This document shows positions 18,620 to 26,494 of a stretch of DNA of 64,000 nucleotides, piece after piece. A program made the position numbers and the translations under genes. Location of the stretch: NCBI GenBank assembly GCA_001800815.1, contig MGWC01000061.1, positions 11,193-75,192 of the forward strand, written 5' to 3'. Position 1 is the first letter of the stretch, and every line of letters begins with the position of its first letter. The notes below the pieces were generated by a model, which saw only the letters and a program-made list of their open reading frames with translations, did not search any database and was not told the DNA's origin. The DNA comes from Euryarchaeota archaeon RBG_19FT_COMBO_56_21 (GTDB lineage: Archaea > Thermoplasmatota > Thermoplasmata > UBA10834).

Positions 18620-19195
18620 ATGAGCAAGTGGGTCAAGATAGCTGCCGGGATTATCGCCGCCGTCGCGGTAGTTCTTCTAGTGTACGCTTTGCTCACCCCA
18701 GAAGACACGACCGACTCGACCGACCACATGGGCATGAATGGTCACATGATCTATAGCTCCAGCAACGTCGGGATCATCGCCATCGCGATAGTGCTGATAG
18801 TCGGAGCCGTGATGGTAGTCGCCCTTTGGAACGAGTACGAGCCCTTGCCGTCGAACATGGTCCCTCCACCTACGCATCCGGAGCGGATGACGGAGGTGGC
18901 CAACAAATCCGAGCTGCATGCTGCAGTCACGAAGGAAATGACCTGTATCCCCTCCGAGGAGGAGGCGGCTAGCAAGAATTACCTGGTCCTTCGGCTGTTG
19001 ACCGGGGACGAGCGCACGATGTTCAAGTCGATCATGGATTCTGGTGGAGAGGCGCTACAGAAGGACCTGATAACCAGGACCAAGATGTCGAACGCGAAAG
19101 TATCCCGAGTCCTGGACAGGCTCTTGCAGAAGGGCGTCATAACAAAGGAACGGTTCGGGGCGACCAACAAGGTCACAATTAAACCCGAACCTTGA
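18620..19195 (+). CDS. membrane-anchored winged-helix transcription regulator (COG2512-like)
   Basis: Two N-terminal TM helices followed by a C-terminal wHTH (ERTMFKSIMDSGGEALQKDLITRTKMSNAKVSRVLDRLLQKGVITKER). Confidence 0.6.
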   Translation: MSKWVKIAAGIIAAVAVVLLVYALLTPEDTTDSTDHMGMNGHMIYSSSNVGIIAIAIVLIVGAVMVVALWNEYEPLPSNMVPPPTHPERMTEVANKSELHAAVTKEMTCIPSEEEAASKNYLVLRLLTGDERTMFKSIMDSGGEALQKDLITRTKMSNAKVSRVLDRLLQKGVITKERFGATNKVTIKPEP

Positions 19196-19205
19196 ATTCA
19201 GCCGT

Positions 19206-19277
19206 GTTTTCAGTCACTTTTCACCCCGGTGAAAAGGTTTAGGCCGCTTTTCAGGATAGGTCCAAGTACCATTTCAC
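19206..19277. promoter_or_regulatory. cluster of five YTTTTCAS boxes including a 9-bp-arm palindrome (19217-19236)
   Basis: gTTTTCAg at 19206, cTTTTCAc at 19217, inverted gTGAAAAg at 19229, cTTTTCAg at 19247 and cATTTCAc at 19270. CTTTTCACC-cc-GGTGAAAAG forms a perfect hairpin/palindrome. GAAAAGGTTTAGG resembles the BRE/TATA pattern seen at other promoters in this window. Confidence 0.4.
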
Positions 19278-19334
19278 CCAAGTAGTCATCCACGGGCTTT
19301 GAGAGCACAAAGCGCGTGCGGAGGTGAATCAAGA

Positions 19335-19703
19335 ATGAAGACTTCAGCGATGGTCGCAATAGTGGCGGTTGTCGGAGTCATTGCGGTTGCAGGTCTAGCT
19401 GCGGCGGCGTCCCCTACGGTAGCCAATGCCATGGGCCTCGGGTCTAGATCCGGGGACGGATACGGTGGTATGGGTGGTATGGGAGGTATGGGCGGTATGG
19501 GAGGAATGGGCGGGATGCACGGATGGTACCACCAGTCGTCGTACCAAGACGCGGACCGGAACGACACCTACCCGATGCACGACTACGACTGGGAACACAA
19601 TTGCAACTACAGCTACTCAGACGGTCAGGGCGGCGATCCCAACGAGTACAACTGGAACAACAGCTACGACCGTGAGTACGGTGGCTGCCCAGGAATGGGC
19701 TGA
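19335..19703 (+). CDS. small secreted protein with (GGM)6 repeat and Y/N/D/H-rich tail
   Basis: GGAGGTGA lies 8 nt upstream of the ATG at 19335. The signal/anchor is MKTSAMVAIVAVVGVIAVAGLAAAA, followed by GYGGMGGMGGMGGMGGMGGMHGWYH and a low-complexity Tyr/Asn/Asp tail with two Cys. Confidence 0.6.
   Translation: MKTSAMVAIVAVVGVIAVAGLAAAASPTVANAMGLGSRSGDGYGGMGGMGGMGGMGGMGGMHGWYHQSSYQDADRNDTYPMHDYDWEHNCNYSYSDGQGGDPNEYNWNNSYDREYGGCPGMG
19464..19517 (+). repeat. six tandem 9-nt units (ggt ggt atg variants) encoding (GGM)6
   Basis: Read directly: ggtggtatg ggtggtatg ggaggtatg ggcggtatg ggaggaatg ggcgggatg. Confidence 0.95.
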
Positions 19704-19746
19704 TCGGGCGACTCCTTATCGAGCCTTCAAAACCTCTTACCCTGCG

Positions 19747-19760
19747 TCTTTTTTCATTCC
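19747..19760 (+). terminator. oligo-T tract (T6 followed by a T-rich run), candidate archaeal terminator
   Basis: gcgtcTTTTTTcattcctgttcttg lies about 45 nt after the stop of the GGM-protein gene. Confidence 0.35.
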
Positions 19761-19845
19761 TGTTCTTGCCTCTTATGAGCAGTTTGATACCCGCGACAAG
19801 CGATGCGGGGGCCGGCATCAGACCAACTAGATAGAGGGAACACAC

Positions 19846-21297
19846 ATGCCGGTTCACGAACCGATAGGCGGCCAACTAGATATCTTCACGAGAGGCGAGA
19901 TTCAGAAGATTCACGGCGCGACGATGGATATTCTCAAGAGGCTTGGCGTCAAGGTCTGGTCTGAGGACGGACGGAAGCTTTTCGCGGATGCTGGTGCGGA
20001 AGTTGACAACAAGACCATGATTGTGAGAATGGATGAGAGTCTCGTCATGGACACGATACACAAAGCTCCATCATCGTTCAACTACTACGGCCGAGACCCG
20101 AGCTACAAGCTGCTCATGGGCAAGAAAAGGGTCCATTTCTCGCTCTGTGGCCAGGGAGTGAAGGTGCAGGATCTGGACGGCGTGATCCGCCTCGCAACTC
20201 AGCGTGACCTGGAGAATATGGCACTGATTGGGGACTACTGCGAGAACATACACCACATATCGATGATGACCACCCCGATGGACGTTCCGCCAGAGACCAT
20301 GCACATCTGGGCGCTTTGGGGCATCCTGAAGAACTCCGTGAAGACCGTTGACGGATACATTCACGGGACCAGGTGGGCGGAGGAGACGATTCAACTCGGA
20401 TCATTGATTCGAGGGTCCACAGACGAACTCGTGAAGAAACCGTTGTTGCTTGGCTTCACAAATCCAGTGAGCCCGATGCAGCTCTCGAAGGAGCTTGTGG
20501 ACGGATCGATTGTGTACGCGAAGTACAAGCAGCCTGTGCTATACGCTCCTGAGGCACTCGCGGGAGGGACCGCTCCCGCAACCCTGGCCGGACTAATGGT
20601 CCAGCAGACTGCGGAGGTGCTGTCGGGGATCATGGTCTCCCAGTTGGCGAACCCAGGTGCTCCGGTGTTCTTCGGCACGGTCTCGGCAGCGATGGATATG
20701 AAGACAGGCGCGCCAGCTCTGGGTGGGCCCGAAGTGGGCCTACTAAACCTGGCAACGGCCCAGCTGGCAAGGCACTACAAGCTGCCGTGCAGGGGGACTG
20801 GTGGCAACTCAGATTCGAAGGTAGTCGATGCCCAGGCAGGCATCGAGACAGCGATAAGCATCCTGCAAGCGAGTTACGCGGGAGTCAACTTCATGTACGA
20901 CTCCGCGGGCTCGTTGGACGGTTCCATCACAACGTCGTACGAGAAGATAGTGATGGACAACGAGATCTGCGGCATGGTCTCGAGAATACTCAGAGGAATA
21001 GAGGTCACCGACGAGACGCTCGCAGTCGATGAGATAATCCGGATCGGACCTGCTGCAAGCTATCTGGGCACGCCCTACACGTTAAGCCATTTCAGGAAAG
21101 AGCACTACATTCCAGAACTGCTTGACAGGAAGTCAAGAGACTCGTGGGAGGCGGCTGGCCGAAAGGACTTGGCGCAGGTTGCGAGGGAGAAGGCTAGATG
21201 GATCCTTGCGAACCACACGCCCAGGCCTCTTGATAAGGATGTCTTCAGAGAATGCGACGAATACGTCAAGAAGGTAGTCAAGGGCTACGGTCACTGA
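19846..21297 (+). CDS. MttB-superfamily (trimethylamine methyltransferase-like) protein, non-pyrrolysine type
   Basis: 483 aa. The N-terminal F..GEIQKIHGATMDILKRLGVKV and overall TIM-barrel MttB/COG5598 layout. The ORF is uninterrupted, with no in-frame TAG. Confidence 0.75.
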   Translation: MPVHEPIGGQLDIFTRGEIQKIHGATMDILKRLGVKVWSEDGRKLFADAGAEVDNKTMIVRMDESLVMDTIHKAPSSFNYYGRDPSYKLLMGKKRVHFSLCGQGVKVQDLDGVIRLATQRDLENMALIGDYCENIHHISMMTTPMDVPPETMHIWALWGILKNSVKTVDGYIHGTRWAEETIQLGSLIRGSTDELVKKPLLLGFTNPVSPMQLSKELVDGSIVYAKYKQPVLYAPEALAGGTAPATLAGLMVQQTAEVLSGIMVSQLANPGAPVFFGTVSAAMDMKTGAPALGGPEVGLLNLATAQLARHYKLPCRGTGGNSDSKVVDAQAGIETAISILQASYAGVNFMYDSAGSLDGSITTSYEKIVMDNEICGMVSRILRGIEVTDETLAVDEIIRIGPAASYLGTPYTLSHFRKEHYIPELLDRKSRDSWEAAGRKDLAQVAREKARWILANHTPRPLDKDVFRECDEYVKKVVKGYGH

Positions 21298-21318
21298 CCC
21301 GAGGACGATGACTAGCGA

Positions 21319-22299
21319 GTGACCATATCCATTTTATACGCGTCTTCCACTCTAAGCGTTGTGGCTGAAAGCAAGCTCAAAGGTATCAGAATACCCAGGA
21401 AGTATCGTGGCGTATTGTTGTTCCTGAGGGACGCCGGTATCGCGTTCCTTTTCGTATGCCTGGTGCTTCTGACGATGTTCGCGTACACAGGTATGTGGCC
21501 GCCACTAGTCGTTGTAGAGTCGAACAGCATGATGCACGGCGAGGACAATCTCAGCGACATCGGCACCATCGACACCGGTGACCTCGTTCTCGTGAAGAAG
21601 GTAGACCAGGCTTCGGATATCGAAACCTATCTCGAGGGTTATGTCTCGGGATACCGAAGCTACGGGGACTACGGGGATGTCATCGTCTACGAGCGAGGAG
21701 GCGTGTCAGCAGCCACCCCGATCATTCACCGCGCGATGATGTATTTGGAGATCAACCCGGACAACAGTGGCTATAAATGTGCGGCCCTCAAGAACGTCCC
21801 GCAGACAAAATGGTCGACCCTCAACACGGCCGACACCTGGGACAATCTGACGAGTGTACTAATCATTCACGACGTTGGGTGGGGTGGACAGTCTGTCACG
21901 ATCGACATACGAGCCATGACAACATCCGACAGAAGCGGTTTCATCACGAAAGGGGATCACAATTCTGCCATCGACCAGATGTACGGTGCTGCAGGGCCTG
22001 TCAATGTTGACTGGGTGGTGGGAAAGGCTCGCGGCGAGATCCCGTGGTTCGGCCTCCTCAAGCTGTGGTCGACTGACACCCTTGGGAGCCCCGCACCGCC
22101 CAACAGCGTTCGCAACCTGTGGATCACCATCGCCATGATCGTCATAGCGCCCGTCGTCATGGACATTGTTCTCACGCACCGAGAGAAGAAGCGAATCGAG
22201 CGGAGACGGGCCCTGTACGCGGCGAACACGGAAGACCGTTCGAAAGTGGAGAAAAGGGTGGAAGGCGAGGAGCAGAAGGACCCCCCGAGCCGCCCATGA
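21319..22299 (+). CDS. archaeal-type signal peptidase I (S26B/Sec11-like)
   Basis: An N-terminal TM, the ESNSMMH Ser box, GDLVLVKK, ITKGDHN, then a C-terminal TM and a charged tail. GTG start. Confidence 0.75.
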   Translation: MTISILYASSTLSVVAESKLKGIRIPRKYRGVLLFLRDAGIAFLFVCLVLLTMFAYTGMWPPLVVVESNSMMHGEDNLSDIGTIDTGDLVLVKKVDQASDIETYLEGYVSGYRSYGDYGDVIVYERGGVSAATPIIHRAMMYLEINPDNSGYKCAALKNVPQTKWSTLNTADTWDNLTSVLIIHDVGWGGQSVTIDIRAMTTSDRSGFITKGDHNSAIDQMYGAAGPVNVDWVVGKARGEIPWFGLLKLWSTDTLGSPAPPNSVRNLWITIAMIVIAPVVMDIVLTHREKKRIERRRALYAANTEDRSKVEKRVEGEEQKDPPSRP

Positions 22300-22311
22300 A
22301 GCTGGCTCAGA

Positions 22312-23547
22312 TCACATCAGTGTCGTCTGGTAGCGCAGCTTGTAGTTCTTGAGCTGGCTCAGTATCTCGTCCTCTTCGAGTATTTTCCTCGCTTCCACAA
22401 CGGGCACACTGGGCTCTATCTCCTTCGTTCTCCCCCCTCTCCCGAAGGACTTCACCCGAGCGTGTATTATGCCGAGCATATCGAGTTCCGAAATCAGGTC
22501 CGTGATTCTTCGCTGAGTCAGTATGGCAATCGAGGTGCACTGGCAGAGCTCCTTGTATGTCTCGTACAAATCTCCGGTAGTGAGCTTTCCATCACCCCTC
22601 TCCGTGTTGAGGAACACCCCCATCAGCACCATCTTCGATTGGATGGGCAAGGTTCTGATTGCCTCGCTGATGCAGTCGAGCTCGATCCTGTTCTTCGCCT
22701 TGATGACGTCCGATTCTGTAATGACCGACACCTGGTTCCGCTCGGCGATCTCAGCGGCCACCCTGAGAAGGTCAAGGGCCCTTCTTGCGTCTCCGTGCTC
22801 TTGAGCTGCCAGCGCTGCGCAGAGTGGTATCACCGAGGACTCGAGCGAACCCGCCTCCAGCACCAACTTGCTCCTCTGATCCAAGATATCTTTCAATTGC
22901 TCCGCGTTGTACGGCGGGAACACCATCTTCTCCTCGCTGAGCGAGCTCTTCACCCGCGGGTCGAGGAACTCCATGAATCGCAGGTCATTCGATATCCCAA
23001 TCACGCTCACCTTGGCGTTTTTGAGGTCGTCGTTGATTCTGCACAGGTGATACAGCACATCGTCGCCGCTCTTCGAGACGAGCTGATCAACTTCGTCGAG
23101 AGCGATGACGATCACGCGTTTCTCCTCGTCGATCTTCTCCCTGAGTATGTTGTACACCCGTTCGGTGCTCCAACCAGTAAAAGGAATGCGGGCCTCAAAA
23201 TCCTCGATGAATCTATTGCCTATGTTCTGAAGAATGCCGTACTGCGTGTCCACGACCTCGCAGTTCATGTAGATGAAATGGACCTTGTTCAATCCAGAGT
23301 TAGCGCGCTCGATCTCCTTGCCGATGTACTTCATGCAGGCGGTCTTGCCTGTCCCCGTCTTCCCGAAAAGCAACACGTTCGAGGGTCTGTTCCCCTCGAG
23401 CGCGGTCACTAGGATCCTCGCCAGCTCCCTAATCTGCTCCTCCCTGTGAGGGAGTACATCAGGGATGTATGATGACCTCAGAATGTCCCTATCACCCTTG
23501 AAGATGGACTGCGATCTGATGTACTGCTGGAATATGGTATCCTGCAT
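22312..23547 (-). CDS. orc1: Orc1/Cdc6 replication initiator
   Basis: LPHREEQIREL, Walker A GKTGTGKTAC, Walker B VIALDEVD and a C-terminal wHTH. GGAGG lies 7-8 nt upstream of the ATG at 23547. The tracked 5' extension (to 23619) runs into an ORB-like repeat. Confidence 0.9.
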   Translation of the reverse strand: MQDTIFQQYIRSQSIFKGDRDILRSSYIPDVLPHREEQIRELARILVTALEGNRPSNVLLFGKTGTGKTACMKYIGKEIERANSGLNKVHFIYMNCEVVDTQYGILQNIGNRFIEDFEARIPFTGWSTERVYNILREKIDEEKRVIVIALDEVDQLVSKSGDDVLYHLCRINDDLKNAKVSVIGISNDLRFMEFLDPRVKSSLSEEKMVFPPYNAEQLKDILDQRSKLVLEAGSLESSVIPLCAALAAQEHGDARRALDLLRVAAEIAERNQVSVITESDVIKAKNRIELDCISEAIRTLPIQSKMVLMGVFLNTERGDGKLTTGDLYETYKELCQCTSIAILTQRRITDLISELDMLGIIHARVKSFGRGGRTKEIEPSVPVVEARKILEEDEILSQLKNYKLRYQTTLM

Positions 23548-23582
23548 CTCGTTCCTCCGCAGAAGCAAAAGGCTCCTTCCCT

Positions 23583-23604
23583 CCCCTTGTTTCCGATGGA
23601 AGCC
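23583..23604 (+). repeat. ORB-like repeat 1 (CCCCTTGTTTCCGATGGAAGCC)
   Basis: Shares the core TTTCCGATGGA with repeats 2 and 3. The core resembles the dyad TTCCA-N-TGGAA of archaeal origin recognition boxes. Confidence 0.6.
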
Positions 23605-23799
23605 GCTCTCGGAATCCACACGAAACTGAGGAAAAAGTGGAATGATGTAGAAGCTACTTAAGTGTTAATATTATCGCGAGAACTCATTTTACCTACAGCC
23701 CCGAAATTTTGATGAATCGAGCGAGCCAGTATTTCGAGTAAATGCAAGGGGGCGAATAATAAGAATCGATGCACAAGCATGCGCATTTCTGAAGGGGGA

Positions 23800-23822
23800 C
23801 CCCTTGATTTCCGATGGAACCC
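23800..23822 (+). repeat. ORB-like repeat 2 (CCCCTTGATTTCCGATGGAACCC)
   Basis: Near-identical to repeat 1 apart from a 1-nt indel. It is flanked by a GGGGG run at 23795-23799. Confidence 0.6.
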
Positions 23823-23854
23823 CACGAAAAGTGAGCGCGGTCCTCGGGAATCGT

Positions 23855-23876
23855 GTGTGTCCATCGGAAAACATGG
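23855..23876 (-). repeat. ORB-like repeat 3, inverted (CCATGTTTTCCGATGGACACAC on the minus strand)
   Basis: Same 11-nt core in the opposite orientation, about 35 bp from repeat 2. Confidence 0.55.
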
Positions 23877-23951
23877 TTTCGAGGTATGGAATGTGCTGGA
23901 TTTCGTTAACGCATATCATTATCTCTCAACATGGCCTAAGCAACATAGCAG

Positions 23952-25274
23952 ATGAAAAAGGCAATCCTTCTATCCATCACAGAGGACACCGCGGAGATGC
24001 GCTCGCTGCTGGACACACTCGGAGTGCGAGTCATCAGCGAGTTCCATCAGAACCTGAGATATCCCCACAAGGTGAGTTTTCTCGGACCCGGAAAGATCGA
24101 GGAGATACACAAGGAGTTGGAGGAATCAGAATTTGATCTCGCAGTGGTGAACGGGACCCTCAGACCTTCACAGCATCACTATCTTGAAATGAAGTTTCAG
24201 AGGGAGTTCATCGACAGGCCAGGGGTCATACTTCGGATCTTCTCAGAACATGCACACACTCAAGAGGCGATCGCTCAAGTCACTCTCGCCAAGCTGAGGT
24301 ATGAGCAGCCATTCCTCAGAGAGTGGATTCACAAAGCGAAGAGCGGAGATCGACCAGGGTTCCTGGCTGGCGGAGCCTACGCAACAGATGTCTACTATGA
24401 ACACGCGAAGACCCACGCAAGGAGAATTGAAAAAGGGTTACGGGAGTTATCGAAGCAGAGGGAAATCACAAGAGCGAAAAGAAGAGAGCAAGGATACAGT
24501 CTCGTCTCCCTCGCGGGCTATACCAACGCTGGAAAATCGGCTCTGTTAAATAGACTGTGTGAGGCGTCGGTAGAGGTAGATGATAGATTGTTCTCTACTC
24601 TATCTACTACTACAAGACGGCTCAAAGGCAGCAGGGCGAACATTCTGGTGTCGGATACGGTAGGTTTCATCAGAGACCTTCCACCCGATCTAATAGACGC
24701 ATTCAATTCAACGCTAGAAGAGATATTCTATGCTGATATGATTCTTCTGTTGTTCGATTCCAGCGAAAACGATGAAGAGATCAAATCGAAACTTCGAACC
24801 TCACTAGATATCCTCCTTCCGAAAACCGAGAGACGATCTCTCATCGTGGTAGGTAACAAGATTGATTTGATTGATGATGAAAGGAAGAAGAATATCGTCT
24901 GCTTCGTTCAATCGATGATAGAGCCTCATGAGCTGCAGATGATTTCGACTGTTGAGGAGGAAGGGTTGGACACGCTCAGGGAGCGAATAGGCGCGATTCA
25001 GAAGCTGTCGGCAGTTCTCAGTGTGGTACTCCCGTTGAAGGATGAGTCGATGGGTCTTCTTTCTAGGCTAAGAGTGTCATGCGATGTCAGTGAGGAGATT
25101 GTCGGCACCCGCGTGGAGGCAACAATCCAGTGCAGATCGGAAGATCTCGGCAAAGTCGTCGGGTGGTTGGAGGCAGCAGGCGCCCTCAAGATAATCTCGA
25201 ACGACGGGCCGCGGGCAGAGGGGGCACAGAAGTCCGAGGCCTCCAGCGGAAGTGAAGGGGCCCCCCTTACATGA
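23952..25274 (+). CDS. hflX: GTPase HflX
   Basis: An HflX N-domain followed by G1 GYTNAGKSAL, G3 DTVGF and G4 NKID. Confidence 0.85.
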   Translation: MKKAILLSITEDTAEMRSLLDTLGVRVISEFHQNLRYPHKVSFLGPGKIEEIHKELEESEFDLAVVNGTLRPSQHHYLEMKFQREFIDRPGVILRIFSEHAHTQEAIAQVTLAKLRYEQPFLREWIHKAKSGDRPGFLAGGAYATDVYYEHAKTHARRIEKGLRELSKQREITRAKRREQGYSLVSLAGYTNAGKSALLNRLCEASVEVDDRLFSTLSTTTRRLKGSRANILVSDTVGFIRDLPPDLIDAFNSTLEEIFYADMILLLFDSSENDEEIKSKLRTSLDILLPKTERRSLIVVGNKIDLIDDERKKNIVCFVQSMIEPHELQMISTVEEEGLDTLRERIGAIQKLSAVLSVVLPLKDESMGLLSRLRVSCDVSEEIVGTRVEATIQCRSEDLGKVVGWLEAAGALKIISNDGPRAEGAQKSEASSGSEGAPLT

Positions 25275-25280
25275 GAGCGC

Positions 25281-25697
25281 CTAGAGCTTGAACTCCCTCT
25301 TCTTCGAAATGACCTTGTCCTCGAATCGCTGAGGCAAGGACCAAGCCAGATACTCGATGTCGTCCAGGTTCCTGACAAACTTCGCCTTGCTCGGAGTGTC
25401 GATGAGGTCGGCGAGTTCTCTGGTCTTCTTGACAAAATCGTAAAGCCACCACGCGCAGACGATCAATCCGATGGGCGCCGCGACTGCGATCCAGGTGACC
25501 CAGGTCCCCAACGGATCCAGGAAGGATTCAAAGAACGAGATGAAGTCAGGGAGGTTGAAGATCACCTTTCCGCTTTCGTCGGTCGCCATTTCCATGTACC
25601 AGACGCCTACGATCGAGATCATCGTGAGAAAGGCGAACAGTAACGTGAGCAGGGTGCTGAGCTCGAGCCTGTACTCCGTCAGAATCGATTTGCCCAT
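25281..25697 (-). CDS. hypothetical membrane protein (2-3 TM)
   Basis: Hydrophobic helices (LSTLLTLLFAFLTMISIVGVWY; VTWIAVAAPIGLIVCAWWLY) and a charged C-terminus. No family recognised. Confidence 0.45.
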   Translation of the reverse strand: MGKSILTEYRLELSTLLTLLFAFLTMISIVGVWYMEMATDESGKVIFNLPDFISFFESFLDPLGTWVTWIAVAAPIGLIVCAWWLYDFVKKTRELADLIDTPSKAKFVRNLDDIEYLAWSLPQRFEDKVISKKREFKL

Positions 25698-25810
25698 TCG
25701 TTCACCTAGCTGACGGATAAAAGAGGAGCCCGTTAAAATGATTTCCTATGGTTTGGGCAGGATACATGTAGCCGTCGTCAGCATGTTTCTCTCTGGTCGA
25801 TCGGCCTCGG

Positions 25811-26464
25811 ATGCTCTGCACGAGGTCGCGTCGGCGAATTCTGGCGGCGACAAGCGCGATCACTTTATGTCTCGTGGTCCTCGTGGGTTTCGGCTCTTCG
25901 GTGCCCGTCGTGTCGATTGCCGCCCTTGAGTCAGTCGATGATGGTTCCACTGTGGAGACAATCGGGCTTGTGGCCGAGTTTTGGGCATGGGATGATGGGA
26001 CCGAGAATCTGTTGTTGGTGGAAACCACCTCGGGCTGTACCGTCATCATCATCTGTTCCCCAGGGATCCATGCCCAGCCAGGTACATATGTCCACCTCGG
26101 GGACGAGGTCAAGGTCGTTGGGAAGGTGTTCGGGTTACATTCTCCGAGGAGGCTCTATTCCGACAGTGATCGTGTGACCCTTCTTCGACGGTGCGAGTTC
26201 GTTCTGACTGTGGATGCATTGGCGAATTGCTGGAGACTGTTCGAAGGAGATGAGATCAAGGTGAGAGGGATTCTCTTCATGACGGATGGTGAGAGCGGAT
26301 TCGCTCTGAGGGGCATGATGGGGGGAAGTACCCTTTCGTTGGATTCTACTTACGAGATCCAGCCGACGTTGCTGGGAAGGGAGGTGGTGATTGCTGGATG
26401 TCTTGTATTCGAGGAGGCCACTCTGACCGTGGTGCTTCATGCTGACTCAGTGGTCGCATCCTGA
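25811..26464 (+). CDS. hypothetical membrane-anchored protein with two OB-fold-like repeats
   Basis: An N-terminal anchor (ILAATSAITLCLVVLVGFG) and two internally similar segments (GDEVKVVGKV.. / GDEIKVRGIL..). Preferred over the antisense ORF 25702-26112. Confidence 0.4.
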   Translation: MLCTRSRRRILAATSAITLCLVVLVGFGSSVPVVSIAALESVDDGSTVETIGLVAEFWAWDDGTENLLLVETTSGCTVIIICSPGIHAQPGTYVHLGDEVKVVGKVFGLHSPRRLYSDSDRVTLLRRCEFVLTVDALANCWRLFEGDEIKVRGILFMTDGESGFALRGMMGGSTLSLDSTYEIQPTLLGREVVIAGCLVFEEATLTVVLHADSVVAS

Positions 26465-26494
26465 CAACAACAACCCTTTTCTTGGGGCCCTGCG

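Larger units (their letters stand above)
23548..23951. other. predicted replication origin (oriC) between orc1 and hflX
   Basis: A 404-bp non-coding region adjacent to orc1 with three ORB-like repeats and A/T-rich stretches (for example aagtgttaatattatcg near 23660 and gaataataagaatcg near 23752). Confidence 0.6.

Noticed and set aside
19464-19517. The tandem 9-nt repeat considered as a CRISPR-like or microsatellite element.
   Set aside because: It lies in frame inside a well-supported ORF and encodes (GGM)6 with synonymous variation. It has no spacer structure. It is a coding repeat, not a CRISPR array.
19846-21297. A check for an in-frame amber (pyrrolysine) codon in the MttB homolog.
   Set aside because: The ORF is continuous with no internal TAG, and TAG is used as a normal stop by several neighbouring genes. 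Pyl recoding is therefore not supported.
22462-23412. A 316-aa plus-strand ORF antisense to orc1/cdc6.
   Set aside because: It is the shadow of a strongly supported Orc1 gene, and I saw no independent features.
23640-23795. A possible C/D-box sRNA in the origin region (ATGATGT at 23642, TGATGA at 23710, CTGA at 23626 and 23789).
   Set aside because: The box order and spacing do not fit the C-D'-C'-D layout. The distance from a C box to the next downstream CTGA is about 150 nt, against 50-70 nt expected, and the first box deviates from RUGAUGA.
25702-26112. A minus-strand 136-aa ORF overlapping the start of the 25811-26464 gene.
   Set aside because: It has no start signal or motifs. The plus-strand ORF has a signal-anchor and an internal OB-like duplication. 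Neither is strongly supported, so the plus-strand call carries low confidence.
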